From contig JBBPEB010000029.1 in NCBI GenBank assembly GCA_039096225.1, positions 124,001 through 188,000 on the forward strand: DNA of 64,000 nt, given 5' to 3'. Shown here piece by piece: positions 38,172 through 53,027 of the stretch. This stretch comes from Blastocystis sp. Blastoise (Eukaryota; Protista; Bigyra: Opalinata). Positions within the stretch are counted from its first letter, which is position 1. Every line of letters starts with the position of its first letter. The notes beneath the pieces are model-generated. The model worked only from the letters and a program-made list of their open reading frames with translations, did not search any database and was not told where the DNA came from. Position numbers and translations under genes: made by a program.

Positions 38172-39565
38172 GAAAAACAAATAGTAAAAATACTGAAAGT
38201 ATATACTTTAAGATTTTCATTAAAGATAAGAGCACCTTCAGTAACATAATCATACTCACAAGTCATAGTAAAAGTTGGCGGGAAATATTCAAAATGTTCA
38301 AAGTATATAGGACTTCCTTCTGGCATACGTTTTTGCTATATATAGAAATATATATATAAATAAATAATATTAATATATATATATATAAATTTGTTATGAA
38401 AATAATAATAAGTATTATTTTATATATACATCATTTGTTTTATAGAAATAATTATTATAAGCTTGAATAGCAGTATACGTAAGACCAGCTGTTGGAATAT
38501 CAGCTATTACTATATTTATAGTTATTATATTATTATATATTTATTATTATTATTATTATTATATATACAAGTGGGATCTTTAGGAGAAACATCTAAATTT
38601 GGATATATTAAAACCTATAGAATAAATAAATAATAATATTAAATAAGAATAATATAATAATAATATATATATATAATACTTGAAGAATAGGTTTCCATTG
38701 TGTTTCAGCATGTAAACGTTGACATATATTCGCGGTTATATTACCTCCATTACATTCTCCTAATAAAATCAACTTTTCTGTATCAATATGATATTTCATA
38801 GGATTCTTCAATAAGGCCTATATAATATAATAATATTATTATTTATAAATAAATATATATATATATAAGATAAAATAAATAAAAAATAAAAAAGCTATGA
38901 ATTCTATACAATTAAAGCATTATAACAATCTTCAATAGGAATAGGGAATTTATATTCAGGAGCTTTACGATAATCCACATAAACAACACATGCATGACAT
39001 TGTCTAGAGATCTTTATTAAATGTTGCTCATATTCGTGAATATTTCCTAAACACCAATGACCTCCGTGACAGAAAAATATTATAGGCAATTTCTCTTCTA
39101 TTGCATCCTTTGGACGATCTAAACAATATGTATATTAAAAAAATATTATTTTTTTGAAATAAAAAAAAAAATAAAAGTATTTTAATAATAGTATAATAAA
39201 AAATTTATTAAACATTCATATAAAAATGATAGTCACTGATCTGTAGAAAATAAAAATTTATATATACAAACATAAAGAGGTTCAAAGAATCCAGTTGACG
39301 TCGTAATGCAAAAATGTTCTCGAACAACATCACAACAACAATTCATATGAGGAACGTGGAGAGAATGAAAGAAATCATATATCTTTCGTTTATTCACAAA
39401 ATCCATAGGTGCAGCATTACTATTTCTATAATTTCATATAAATCGAGTCAAATTATATAGTAATTCATACTTTCCAAGCAAGAATTTATTGCTTGTTTCA
39501 ATGTTATGAGCAAATGTCTTTGTAGAAAAAGACATATTGCAATTATACGATCCTTTTGTACTCAT
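37802..39565 (-). CDS. Alpha/beta hydrolase, HSL/abhydrolase_3 family, with Cys at the nucleophile position
   Basis: FCHGGHWCLG, VDYRKAPEYKFPIPIEDC, LLGECNGG, SPIY, CEYDYV, GGVHGIW. 3' end approximate. Confidence 0.85.
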
Positions 39566-39960
39566 TACTATAACAAATGAATCTTAAAATAAAGATAGTC
39601 AAGAATATAAAGTAAAAATAAACTCTACATAAAATCCTTTTGTTCTAAAAGAATCTCAAGCTATATTTCTAAACAAAGATTCTTTACGGTAATTCATGAA
39701 TCTTGAGTAAAAAGATGATTATTATTCATAATTTTTTTGTTTTTTAATTTCTTTCATTTTATTTAATGGGTTTTCACAAAATCTAATTGATTTTCATCGA
39801 TACATAAGTTGATAAGTAGTATAAACAAATTTAAACTCGAAACAAAACAAAATAAAACGAAATCTTCTCATGAAAGCATACAAATATGCATACACAACCT
39901 TGCAATCATATATGTTTTGACTACATACATTTGCAGGAAAAGAATATATAATAAATATTC

Positions 39961-41028
39961 TTAATAACTATCTCTATATAACTTTTCAATAACATCAGCA
40001 GTGATATTTTTATGTTCACCAAAAGCAGACTTTGATTGTCTATATCTATAGATATATTATTTTATAAATGATGAATTATGTATAGTTTTATAAAAAAAAA
40101 AAATGAAAATGAAAAAAAAAATAATAATAATATATTATTTATAAAAAAAAAAAATGAAAATGAAAATAATAATATATTATTTATAAAAAAAAATGAAAAA
40201 AATAATAATAATAAATTATTTATAAAAAAATACTTTTCAATTGCTTGAGGAATCCATGATTGATCTTGAGAGCAGTTATAATCACGAATACGAGAAGGAA
40301 GATGCATAACATCACTATAATAATGCTCTAAATAATTCATAGCTTTTCTAGCTTTTTCTTCAGTAGTTCCTTCAGTAATATCTAAAACACGTTCAGCCAT
40401 TTGAGCTAATTTCTCTTTCTTTTGTTCAAAACAATATTCATAGACACGAGGCTATAAATATATATAATTATTATATTATATTATTATTATATATATATAT
40501 ATATACTTGTAAAACAGCTAAAGTCTTAGCATGATCAAGACCTATATATATAGGGTATTATTATAAATAATAATATATATATATATATATATACCTAAAT
40601 AAGTAGTAAGATTATATCCTATACGATGAGTGGCCCAATCTTCAGGAACACCTTGAGCAATCCATTTATTAAGAGCCTATATAGAATATATATATTAATA
40701 CAATAATAATAATATATATAATAGAATAATATATATAATAATAATATATATAATAATAATATGATAATAATAATATGTATAATAAATTAATATAATAATA
40801 ATATGTATAATAATAATATACTTGAGTAGCACACCACATAATATTAGCACGTGCTTCATAATTCTTTGGATCTTCCATAACCTTACGACCCTAAAATATA
40901 TAATATAAAATATTTATTATTATTAAAATATTTATTATTATTAAAATATTTATTATTATTAAAATATATATACATTATTAAATAATGTCTTTAATAATGA
41001 TTCACAATAACGATCTTGTAATTCAGCT

Positions 41029-41063
<35 letters not shown>

Positions 41064-41779
41064 ATTACATAAAATAATTACATAAAATAATTATATAAAA
41101 CACCCCATAAAAAATATATATATATAATTTCTATATATATACCAACAGGATAGGTGATATATTGTTCGCAGACATGAACAATAGCATCCACTACGCCATT
41201 AGCTGTTTGTCCCACGGGGAGAGAATACATAGTTTCAGGATCTAAAATAGCAAATTGAGGATAAGTATGAGAACTACCAAAATTAGTCTTTATATTTTTA
41301 GCTCTCCAAGAAATAACAGCATTTCCATTACTTTCAGAACCAGTAGCAGCAAGAGTTAAAACACATCCAAAAGGAAGTGCAGAAGTAACGAAAGAACCTT
41401 GAGTCTCAAGGATATTCCATAAGTCTTTAGAATGTTCATAAACAGAAGCAGCAGCTATAAATTTAGTTCCATCAACAACAGAACCACCGCCAACAGCTAA
41501 AGCAAACACATTATGAGCACCAATCTTCTTGATTTGATCAACAGCCTTAGTTAAAGTATCAAAATCAGGATTTGCTTCAATTCCACCAAATTCAACGACT
41601 TTATAATTCTTTAAAGCTTTCATACATTGATCATAAACTCCATTTCTCTTAATAGAACCACCACCATAAGTTAAAAAGACAGTTTTTCCAGAAGGAATTA
41701 GAGTATTCAAGGAAGCAATTTGTCCTTTACCGAAAACAATTCTAGTAATGTTAGCGTAGTTGAAATTACCAATAGGCAT
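39961..41779 (-). CDS. Iron-containing NAD(P)H-dependent alcohol/butanol dehydrogenase (YqhD/BdhA-like), multi-exon
   Basis: RIVFGKGQI, YGGGSIKRNGVYDQ, GGIEANP, AVGGGSVVDGTKFIAA, TLAATGSESN, QTANGVVDA, RANIMWCAT, DWATHRIG, GLDHAKTLA. Confidence 0.93.
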
Positions 41780-42263
41780 TCTTTATAGAAACTCAATGAA
41801 TATTTAATAAGAAAATGATGTAATGATCTTTTTTTGATGTTTTCTTTTTTCTTCTGATAATATGTTTTATTGGCTCATTTGATAGAAAAAACCAATAAAA
41901 TGAAATTTTTAGAAATCGTTATTTTTTATTTTTTTTATTGTTTTATTGTTTTTATGTGTTTTTATATACAGTGTAATATTAAAATATTATTTTTTATTGT
42001 ATTTAGATTTAACTCACTTTAATGAATATCAATAATTATTTGATGTTTTGAATTTGAGACTATAATTGATAAATGAAGTTAATTCACCCAATAATACACT
42101 ATTTGAAAGCTAAACGTTGTTGTCAACTAATTTTTTAAATATATATATATATATATAAATCTAAACAAAATAGGGTATATATAAGCAATTATATAAATAG
42201 AACAAAGAAAAAAAAAGAGAACAGAAATATAAAAAATATTAAAGAAAAATACAATAGAGAATG

Positions 42264-42296
<33 letters not shown>

Positions 42297-42300
<4 letters not shown>

Positions 42301-44988
42301 CGTCTTCTTTTAACAGAAGGAACGGATCGTTTTTCATCTCTTAATCGTTCATGTTCTTCTTGTCTTCGGTCACTTTCTTTCGCTTGTCTATCTAATTCCT
42401 CCCACGAAGGTGCATCTTCATCTTCATCTTCATAATCTTCTTCTTCTTCTTCTTCTTCATCTTCTAAATCAATATCATCATCACTTATATCATCATCATC
42501 TTCTTCACTCTTCTCCTATTTATATATTATTATTATTATTTATTGATATTATAAAGTTAAATATTTATATAATAAATAAAAAATATATAATAATAATAAT
42601 ACTATAACTATAATAGAATACATACAAGATCGTCTTCATCAGGAACAAAAACATCACCATCATCTTCTTCTTCCTCTTCTTCTTCTTCATCATCATCTTC
42701 TATATCTAAGAACTTCCAACCAACAGGCTTCTTTGTACCATCTTCTTCAGTATCAAACCAAAAACGTTTATCTTGACGAACTGTCTCCATTATAGTCACC
42801 CAAGAGAAAGAAGCAGGACCTTCAGTATAGGTCTATATATATATTGATTATTATTATATTTATAAAATATTTTTTTTATTTAGTATTACAATAAATACAA
42901 TAAATAAAAATAGATAAAAAAAAAAGAATAGAATACTATATATATATATACCTTATTAATAGAATCAAGCCAAACTTTGATTCCTTCAAATTCATCAAGA
43001 GGAATAGCAGTAATACGAAGAGGTATTTGATTATAATCAGAGAAAATAATAGTCATATCGAAATTACGAGTTAAAGAAGTAACTCTTTCAAAATGAACAT
43101 GTTCTATATCATCTAATGATACTAAGAAGAACTATATATATAATAATAATTACTATTATAATAATAAAAAGAAGAATATTAATAATAGTCAATATATATA
43201 TTCCATAATTTTCATTAAATATAATAATAATAATAATAATAGAATATAATTTCTATATATACAGGCATTTCAGTAAGATTAAATAAACAATCTCTAGAAG
43301 GAGTAATATCTACCATTTCTTTATTAGGAGTACCTTTGAAACTACTCTTTAAATAAGGTTTATCGAAATATACTTTAGGAACTTGTAAAGTGAACTTTTG
43401 GAATGCTTCATTTAATCGTCTTCTCATTTCACGCTCTCTTTGCTCTTCTTCTACTTCATCAGGATCATAACTATATATATATTATTATTATAAACATTAT
43501 TATTATAAACATTATTATAAATAATATTATAAACATAAATAATATAATAAACACTATTATAAATAATACTATTATAATAAACACTATTATAAATAATACT
43601 ATTATAAATAATACTATTATAAATAATACTATAAACAAAAACAATATTATAAACATAAATAATAATAATAATATATATACGCTGAAGATTTAAGATCATT
43701 TAATTTCAAAGACGATTCCATGACTTCAGTATAGAATTGAATATCTGTTCTATTACTTTTACCTACTAAAATCTTATTCTTTAATTTAAAATGTAATATA
43801 ACATATAATGATTTATAACATGGTTGGAAAATAGCATGTTTAATATTATTAAATAAAATATCAAAGCGATCTCCTTTAGTAGAAATAAAACGAAAACCAT
43901 TTTCATGTGCTTCTAATCGACCACTACTCTTTTTACCACTTATAGCTGGGCGTATTTTCAGATCATTTAAGACATGAATATGTTGACCTGAAGAAACAAT
44001 TAGGGCATCTTGCTCTACTAAAGAGGCCTGTTCTTTTTCTTCTTTTTTCTGTTGTTTAAAACGTTTTTGAAGTTCTTTTATTTTCATTATTTGTTGATCC
44101 ATATTATTCTGATTCTTAGCACGTACAGTTACTGTCTTTATATAACTATATATATATATATATAAGTATTTTTATGAATAGAGTAGTATAAATATAGATT
44201 ATTTAATAAATATATAGGATAATATATATAAAATAAATTATTTAATAAATATATATAATTATATATAAAATAGATTATTTAATAAATATATAATAATATA
44301 TATAAGATAAATAGCTTTATAAATATAATAAATAATAAATATAAGATAAATAACTTTATAATAAATATAATTAGCACCCAAATGATTTTCCATTTCTGAT
44401 TTAATAGTTTCACTGATATCCTTATTATTACGGAATTGAGGAGTTTGGAAATTAAAACGGAAATACCCGTAAGGACCTTCATCTGTCTTACTGACACTAC
44501 GAATTGTAAGTACATGGAAAGGAACGGAAATACCATAAATAGGTATAAATACAATATTACGTTCACTATCAACACATATTTGAGATCGTTTAATATCCGC
44601 GGGATAATCACTACTTGTTTCATATGCATTGATTTTCTCTATTTCCTGAGGCTGGTCTTCTTCTCCTTCATTATCTTCTGGATTATAAGAAGCCTATTTA
44701 TATATATAATTATTTATATAGTTATTTATATCATATTTATATAATTATATAAATTATTTATATCATATTTATATAATTAATTATATACAATTAATATTTA
44801 TTTAAAAAAATATATAAATAATAATCTATATATACTTGTTTCTTTTGAGCCAATTGTTCGAATAGAACTCGTTGATGTTCAACACGTTGTTCTTTTTCAT
44901 TAGTACCTTCAATTTCTCGTTGTTCTCTTCTTAATCTTGTTTCTTTTACTATACCTTTTTGACCCACTATATTTGTCATTTGTTTTAT

Positions 44989-45021
<33 letters not shown>

Positions 45022-46366
45022 TTCACTTTCATCTTTCAATTCAAATGATATATCACTCCATTCATTCTTACAACGTGTCATACGTTCTGCACCATTTCCA
45101 GTTATTAAAATCTATTTTATATAAATATATATTATTAATAATAATAACAATATATAATATATATATAAATATAATGATATTATTCTATATACAGTATCAC
45201 CAAGTAAAATAGAGAAAGTCTTCAATCCATTGGTTAAATTCTTATTCTTTTCATTTGATTGGCTCTCATCGACTAACTTATCAAATCCTAAACGGATATT
45301 GAAACACATTCCTTCTCTATATTTATATGTATATATATACTCTAGAGTCTTATAAAAATAAATATAATAATAAAAAAAAATATAATAAACATAATAATAT
45401 TAATAATAATAATATATATATACTCTAAAACAACAGGATTTCCTTCTTTAATTTTCGTATAATTTTCTCTGAATTCTAATCCTATTCCACAGCCACAATC
45501 CTTAAGGAAAAAAGGAAGAAGAGAAGCATTCGATAACTCTAAATAATGTTTTGCTTTCTCATATATCTAGAAAGATATATATATATTTATGTTATGATAT
45601 ATTGAATATCAAGTTTATAATAATAAACATAATAAATAATAATAATAATAATATATATATATATATTTCTCCAAGAGTAACCCCTTTCTTCATATCATAT
45701 AATAATTTATCTTCTATATCTAATAATGTTTGATAACATTTTTGTTGATAATTACTTGCGTTAATAAAATATGTTCTACTTACACTACTACAATAATTAT
45801 TATATTTAGCACCAAAAGAACATAATATAATATCATATTTCATATATTCATCATTAGAAGCAGCAGATAATTTTAAATTATAATCACCACCTGATTGGAT
45901 AATGGGCTGATGACACATCTCCAGAGAATCACTATCACTTTTCTTTATTTTCAATTTATCAGGGTAATTCAAAGCATTATCAATCTATATATATATATAG
46001 ATAATATATTAATAATAAATATATTAAAATGAACATTATAATAAACATAATAATAAACATAATAATAATAATAAACGTATATATCTACCTTATCCGCTAA
46101 TCTACTATGTTTCACTTTCTTTTCATTATTAATAATACTCTCCATCTCTTCTATAAACACATCTTTTAATAAACGACTTGTAATAACAGCAGCTTTCTTG
46201 ATTAACTCATTTTCCCGCGGAGTTTTTAAGCTTAATACAACACTTAATCCTTTACTAATATCACATTCGATAAGATCTTGAGTAGGTAGAAAGTTTTTGA
46301 AATTATTCATTAAATCACCATTCCAATCTTTCTTCTCTTTTGATAATAATCCAAAACGTTTCTATA

Positions 46367-46397
<31 letters not shown>

Positions 46398-47120
46398 GCA
46401 TATTAAAAATAATAAGTATAATAAATAATATTCACAAAAAAACATTAAAAAAACATTAAAAATTAAAAATAACATTAAAAACAACTCAATATATACACCG
46501 CTAAAAGATTTTTTAAATGATTCAATGATCTTTTCGAAATTTTCAGTATTTGGATCATTCTTCTTACGACTTAATAAAGTAATAGGAGTTGTAAAATCAT
46601 TTTTTTCTTGTAATGTCTTTATTAAAGGACGAATAAATTTATTTACTATATAAAAAGATGAACAAAATAGAGATAAAGAAAAGAAACACCATGATCTACA
46701 TACATCTACTTTCTCCACATAAGAAAACAATCTCATTCTCAAATAAAATAAATATAGTATCCGCAAATTCGTAACCAAAAAACAAAAACTATAGAAAAGA
46801 TAGACAGATAACAATAATTCTCTGCTTCAATTTCACTAGAATACTTAGAAAATATATATACTTGACTTGAAGAGGTCTTATTGTAAGATAAAACATCTAC
46901 ATCGACTTGTCCCTCACAGAAACATAAACAATCCGCATCCTCCCATTCACCTCTGCTCTTCTAAATATGCGAATGAATAAAATCAATAAAAATAATTACA
47001 TACTTTCCACTGTGATACGACTCGGTTGTAATTGTCGTAAAAAACATCAGCGTTAATCGTAGGCTATTCAATATTAATACATAGATACGAAACAATACAT
47101 ACAGTAGTATTTTCTTCCAT
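42297..47120 (-). CDS. SPT16: FACT complex subunit SPT16 (multi-exon)
   Basis: PIIQSGGDYNLK, GAKYNNYCSSVSRTY, GRLEAHENGFRF, DILFNNIKHAIFQPC, DIQFYTEV, HFERVT, acidic C-terminal tail. Confidence 0.95.
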
Positions 47121-47527
47121 TCTTCAGATAAAAATGAATGAATAACATATAAAAATTTGGAGGCGTCTTTTACTCAACTGTCAATTGAATCCGATTATTT
47201 TAGTCTTTTGCACTTCATTTTTAATTTTTCTCACGGTTATTCAACAATTAATTGAAAATTAGACTAGAATTCATATTCTTTCAATTTTGAATTCTCTGAT
47301 CTTTTTTATTTAATTATTTATTATGTATTCAATAAAACAAGAATTCTTGCATTTCAAAAAAATTATGTAAATACATAGTGAAGAACTCTGTAGGTGATGA
47401 GTGACTTATTCTTACTTATATATGTCAACGGCTAGTGTAGTGAAAAGGTAGGATCGATAAAAAATTAAGAAATAGAACAAAAAATGTATATATATTCACA
47501 TTTATAAAAGAAATCTCTTTTTTTTCT

Positions 47528-50500
47528 TTATAATACTTTAAATAAATCTAAATCTCCTTCTTTCTTTTCTTTCTGAACTTGTATTTTCTCCATCAAATGA
47601 GCATATGCATCATTAAGTTCATTTTTTTGACACTAAAAAAAAATAGGATTATGATTTCGTAATATACTTGAATGTTTTCTGAAGAATATTCTAATAATTG
47701 TAACGAGATACTCATAAACTCTTCAGCTTTAGTATAAGAAAACAATCGTTCGTAATAAATACCTGTATTCCATCCAATTGTCACAAAAAAATCATATTGA
47801 GGTCTAGTAAAATATGTAATTTGATTATAAATGAAAATAGATTAGAGTGGAAAATACCTTAATGATTCTTCGTAAGTAGATTGATTTGCTAAGGTTAACT
47901 GATACAACTATAGTTCGTCATTAAATAATAATAATTATATTTATAGAAAAGAAAATACTTGTTTTAACCAATGTAATATTTCTTCTTTTTCTGTTGAAAT
48001 CATAATTATCCGTTGTAATATATTTAATAACGAAGAAAGTAACGTATTTTGTTGAGAAAGACATAATTGAAGAGAAAGACGAACACATTCCTATATATAA
48101 TGATTCTTATATAATGGAAATATAATGAATATATATATATGTATTTGAATAATAAAAATTATAATACAAATTATGTTAATAATAAGATATGATTATTTTA
48201 TTTATGTATATATAGAGGAAAATGTAAATAATAATAAAAAAGAAATCATATAAAAATAATTGTAAATAATAAAAGAGTATAATACTTTTTCTGCTTCAAT
48301 CCAATTAGATTCATATTTCGTTATAGAATGAAGTTGTAAAAATGTTTGAAAAGTTACACCAGCAACCGATGTATATGTAGAAAGAGTCTATATTATTATA
48401 GTATATTATTATTATAAATATATATATAGTTTATATAAGAAATACATTAATTAATGATTGATCTTCTAGATATAATTTACATGTATATTCCATAAATATA
48501 CATAATATTAATGTATTTATTTGAATATCATTATATTTATCATGATTTATTGAATAAAGTTGTTTTACTAGGGTTCTACCTATAATAATAAATTATAAGA
48601 AATAGTATACACTCTTATTAATTAATTAACATATATAATTGAAGAATCTATATATAAATATACATTCATTGATATGGAATAAATATTTTTTTGCTTCTTT
48701 CTTTTTCTCTTCTTTCCATGTTTCTTCAATAATAACGGGAAATATACCTTTATAGAATAGTATTCGTAGTCAAATAAATATATTTAGAATTATATATATA
48801 TATATATAAATATATATATATACAATCATCTGTAGCTATAACTGAATTATAGTCCTCTTGTTCTTCAATTTTATGCTTCTTTATATTCATTAATTCTTTT
48901 CCTTCAAGTATATTATTCTCTTTATTATTCTCTTTATTATTATTATTATTCTCTTTATTATTATTATTCTTGGCATCTTCTTCTATTTGCATTGAAGGAG
49001 TGTCAGTTATTGATACAGAATTTGTTTCTATATATTAATAGTAATAAAAAAATATCTTATTTGTAAAATAATTCAAATATCTATATTAATAAAAATAATA
49101 CAAATATATATATATTAATAAGAATAATAAGAATATCTACAATAACATAATAATAAATATAACAATAATAATTACATATTTATATACCTGTTTCTAAGCC
49201 TATTTCCATCATTGCTTTATATGTCTTATCTTCTTTAGTTATATATTCTTTATATCTTCCACGATTCTTTCTTGAATATAGTTCTAGTCCCGCGGTTATA
49301 TAATGTATTAATGAGAGACGTTGTGTATTTAAGGATTCTTCATTAGTAGGAAGTAATGATGAAAATATATAACTATAATAGAAGAAACAACTGGACTATA
49401 TAGTATAGTCATATGTATTAAAGTTTAAATATATATGATTTATATAAATATAATAATGGTAATAGAAAATATAATATGTATATATATAATATATATACAT
49501 AAAGTAAGTCCTTTTTATTATTATCGTGAACAGCAATATTCCAGCAAATTGACACAAACCACTCGATTTCTTCTTTGGATCCAAATAAAGAGAGTATTAT
49601 AGAGAAAGAAGAAGGAGAAGAAGAAAATGGACAATATTTCTATAAATATATAATAATAATGTTTATATTATTATATTAATTAATATAATAATTCATATAA
49701 TAACAATAAGTAGAATAATAATTAATATAATATAAAAACAATAAGTATAATAATAATAATTAATATAATATAATATAATAACAATAATAATATAAAATAC
49801 TACCTACTTTGACAAGATGACATAGTTTCTGTATATAGTTTAATATATATTGATGATCACTACTAGAGAGTGACGATAAGTCTTCAATATTAATAGCTAA
49901 TGCCAACTATATATATATATATAATCATTGAATAATTATAATCATAATAGAATTAAATATATATACAAGTCCTCTAATAATTACAGCAGGTTTTATTTGA
50001 ATGACATTATTATTAATATTAATATTAATATCTTTATTATTATCTTTATCTATATTATTATTTGTATTTATATTCAAAGAAGAAGAAGAAGAAGAAGAAA
50101 CAATTGACTCTAAATCATTACATATAGTTTCTAATGTATATTGAGCTATATATAATAATAATAATTAGTTTATAAATGATATATACATAAATTAACAATA
50201 ATAATAAAAAGTTTATAAATGATATATATTATATTTTTAAAAACATAATAATTCGTATAATAACAATATGAATAGTAATATTTATACCAGTTTTTAGTCG
50301 TTTTGCATGAAGAGCTTCTTGAGTACAAATATATAAATAATCGCGGGAAAAATCTTCTTGTTTAAAGAGAGTCAACATACATTCATTTATTATCTATAGA
50401 AATGAATAATAAATAAATAAATATATATATATACATGATCATCAACTGTTGAGTCATTGACATATATTTGAAAAAGAAGAAAATAAGAGTGTACTATTAA

Positions 50501-53027
50501 GAATATATATAAATTGTAGTTCATTATATTTCATAACTTTAATAATAATATAGACAACAAAAAGGATATTTTAATGTTATTATTTATTGCTAGTGATTGC
50601 TTACAGAGATCTGCTGCTAATTCCTATATATAATTATTATTATATATTATTATTATTATATATATACATAATGCTCTAATTTAAATTGAGAAGAAGCAAA
50701 TAATCGTAGCAATGAACATCTATATATATAATTATATTTATGAAGATTATTATATATATAGTTAAATTTATGAATATTATTATATATATATATAATTATA
50801 TTTATGAAGATTATTATATATATATAACTCAATTTATGAATATTATTATATATAAAACTCTATTTATAAATATATATATATATTATTTTTATACTTTATA
50901 TCTTTATCATCATCAGTAATTCGTAACAAAGATTTACACCACTATATATATGTATATATATATATATAAATAAAATGAATACAATAGATGTTTGTTGAAA
51001 GTCTTCTTCATTATAAATATCTATAATTGTATTATATACCCCTTGTTTTACCTATATATACATATATATATATACATATATATATATACCTTTAAAATAT
51101 GAGAAGAAGGAAGAATACATGCTCCTGATAAATGGTCTATATATATATATATATAATAATAAGTATATACTTTATATATATAATATTCATTTAAATATAC
51201 CTGCAATTATTTTATTGAGAACATCTAGCGCTTGCACGTGCAGATCACGTTGAGGTATCATGGATAAGAGGATATCCACGTGTATATTATGCATACATGA
51301 GGGATATAACGTACTTAAACGATCATATCTATAAATAATATATATTATATATACTCCTCTAACAACATAAATCTATTCTCTCTTTCTATAATAAAAAATC
51401 AATTATATATATATATATATATACCTTTGCAGAATATCTCTATTGAATTGTAAATATATAGCAACAAGTCTGCATGCTTCTAGAAGGAGAGGTAAAGGCG
51501 CTGAAGGGATGGCCAATAGTTGATCGAGGGAATTGAGAAGACGTTGAGGGTAGGGAAGAATAAAGGAATATATATATGAATATACATATAGATATTTATG
51601 AAAAATAATTTTAGATACATATAAAGTATAAGAAGGATATTTCTTTTTTCTGAATATACCATTTTATATAGAGATATAATCCTTCTGGAATACTATTTCC
51701 ATTAGATAGTTCTAAGCATTCTTCGGCATGTGCATCTCCTTTTTGTATATATCTATATATATATAATATAATAATATATAAATATTAATAAAATATATAA
51801 ATTATAATAATAAAATATATAAATTATAATAATAAAAAAAATAATAATAAAATACATAAATAATATAATAAGCTATATATAAATAATAATAATAATAATA
51901 TATAAATAATATAATAAATATCTAAATACGCATTTGCGAGTAATAGCATATTTTTCTGTTTAATTTCTTTATATTCTTCTTCATTATTCTAAACATAAAG
52001 TTAACAAAAACATATATATATATATTCTATATATAGAATCCTATATACATGTTCTAAAAGTTGTAAAAGAATAGGCCCCCAATGAATAATATTGTCCCAT
52101 TCATTATTATTATTAAATTGAATACATATATCATAACTAGATAATATATATATATAGAATCATAAAATTGATTATAATAACAAAGAACTATTCAATTTAA
52201 TAAAATATAGAATATGAATAATCATAGTATAAAGAGTAGTATATATATACATAAAACAACAAGTTGTAGAGAGCATGTCTTTCATTACAGGAAGAATAGT
52301 ATGAATCATCATATTTATAGACTCATAACAGGATTCCCATTGGTGACTCTGCTTATAATAACTACATATACTTGTATAGATCTCATAAGAAACCTCATAA
52401 AACAAACGAATTTCTAAAGAATAAAAATGATTATAAACATTTAACGAGAAGAGGAATACTCTTCTTATTGAATAATAAAAATCAATATGGTTACTATTAA
52501 TATAACAATTATATACCCATAGTCTGATTGAAAGACATATTAACCAGTTTGGAAAGTATTTTCTTGATGAGTTTTTCTCCATTATCTAAACATTTCAAAC
52601 ATAATTTTGGATTAGAGTCTTGGCATTCCTTAGATGTTTTGACATATGCCTTAAGAACATCTTGAGTACTTGAAAAATTGATAGAAACAAGACTTTCTTG
52701 TTTTCCAAGTGATAATTGAAGAAGAAAACAAGATAACGTTCTTATTTTTAGAACAGCATCATTCACATCATTATCCAACTTTGTTTTTGATTTCCCAAGA
52801 GATCGACATTTATTATATAATTCTGCACCAAAAAACTTGATAATTCCTCGATCTGCATTTGACAAGATAGAATCGTTTAGTAAAGACTCGGTTTCAATAA
52901 ATAATGCTATATAGATAGATTTGCATGCTAATCAAGAATAACTACAGTCAATAGTTGAAGGCGAAAGTGAATCTAATTGATCTAATTGGGATGATAATTC
53001 TTTCAGTTGATCAAAGAGAGAGTCCAT
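47528..53027 (-). CDS. TPR protein resembling meiotic TEX11/ZIP4/SPO22 (many small exons)
   Basis: N-terminal GAELYN..IRTLSCFLL..YVKTSKEC..CL pattern and C-terminal WNTGIYYERLFSYTKAEEFMSISLQLL resemble TEX11/ZIP4. Recognised from memory; not confirmed by a profile search. Confidence 0.6.
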
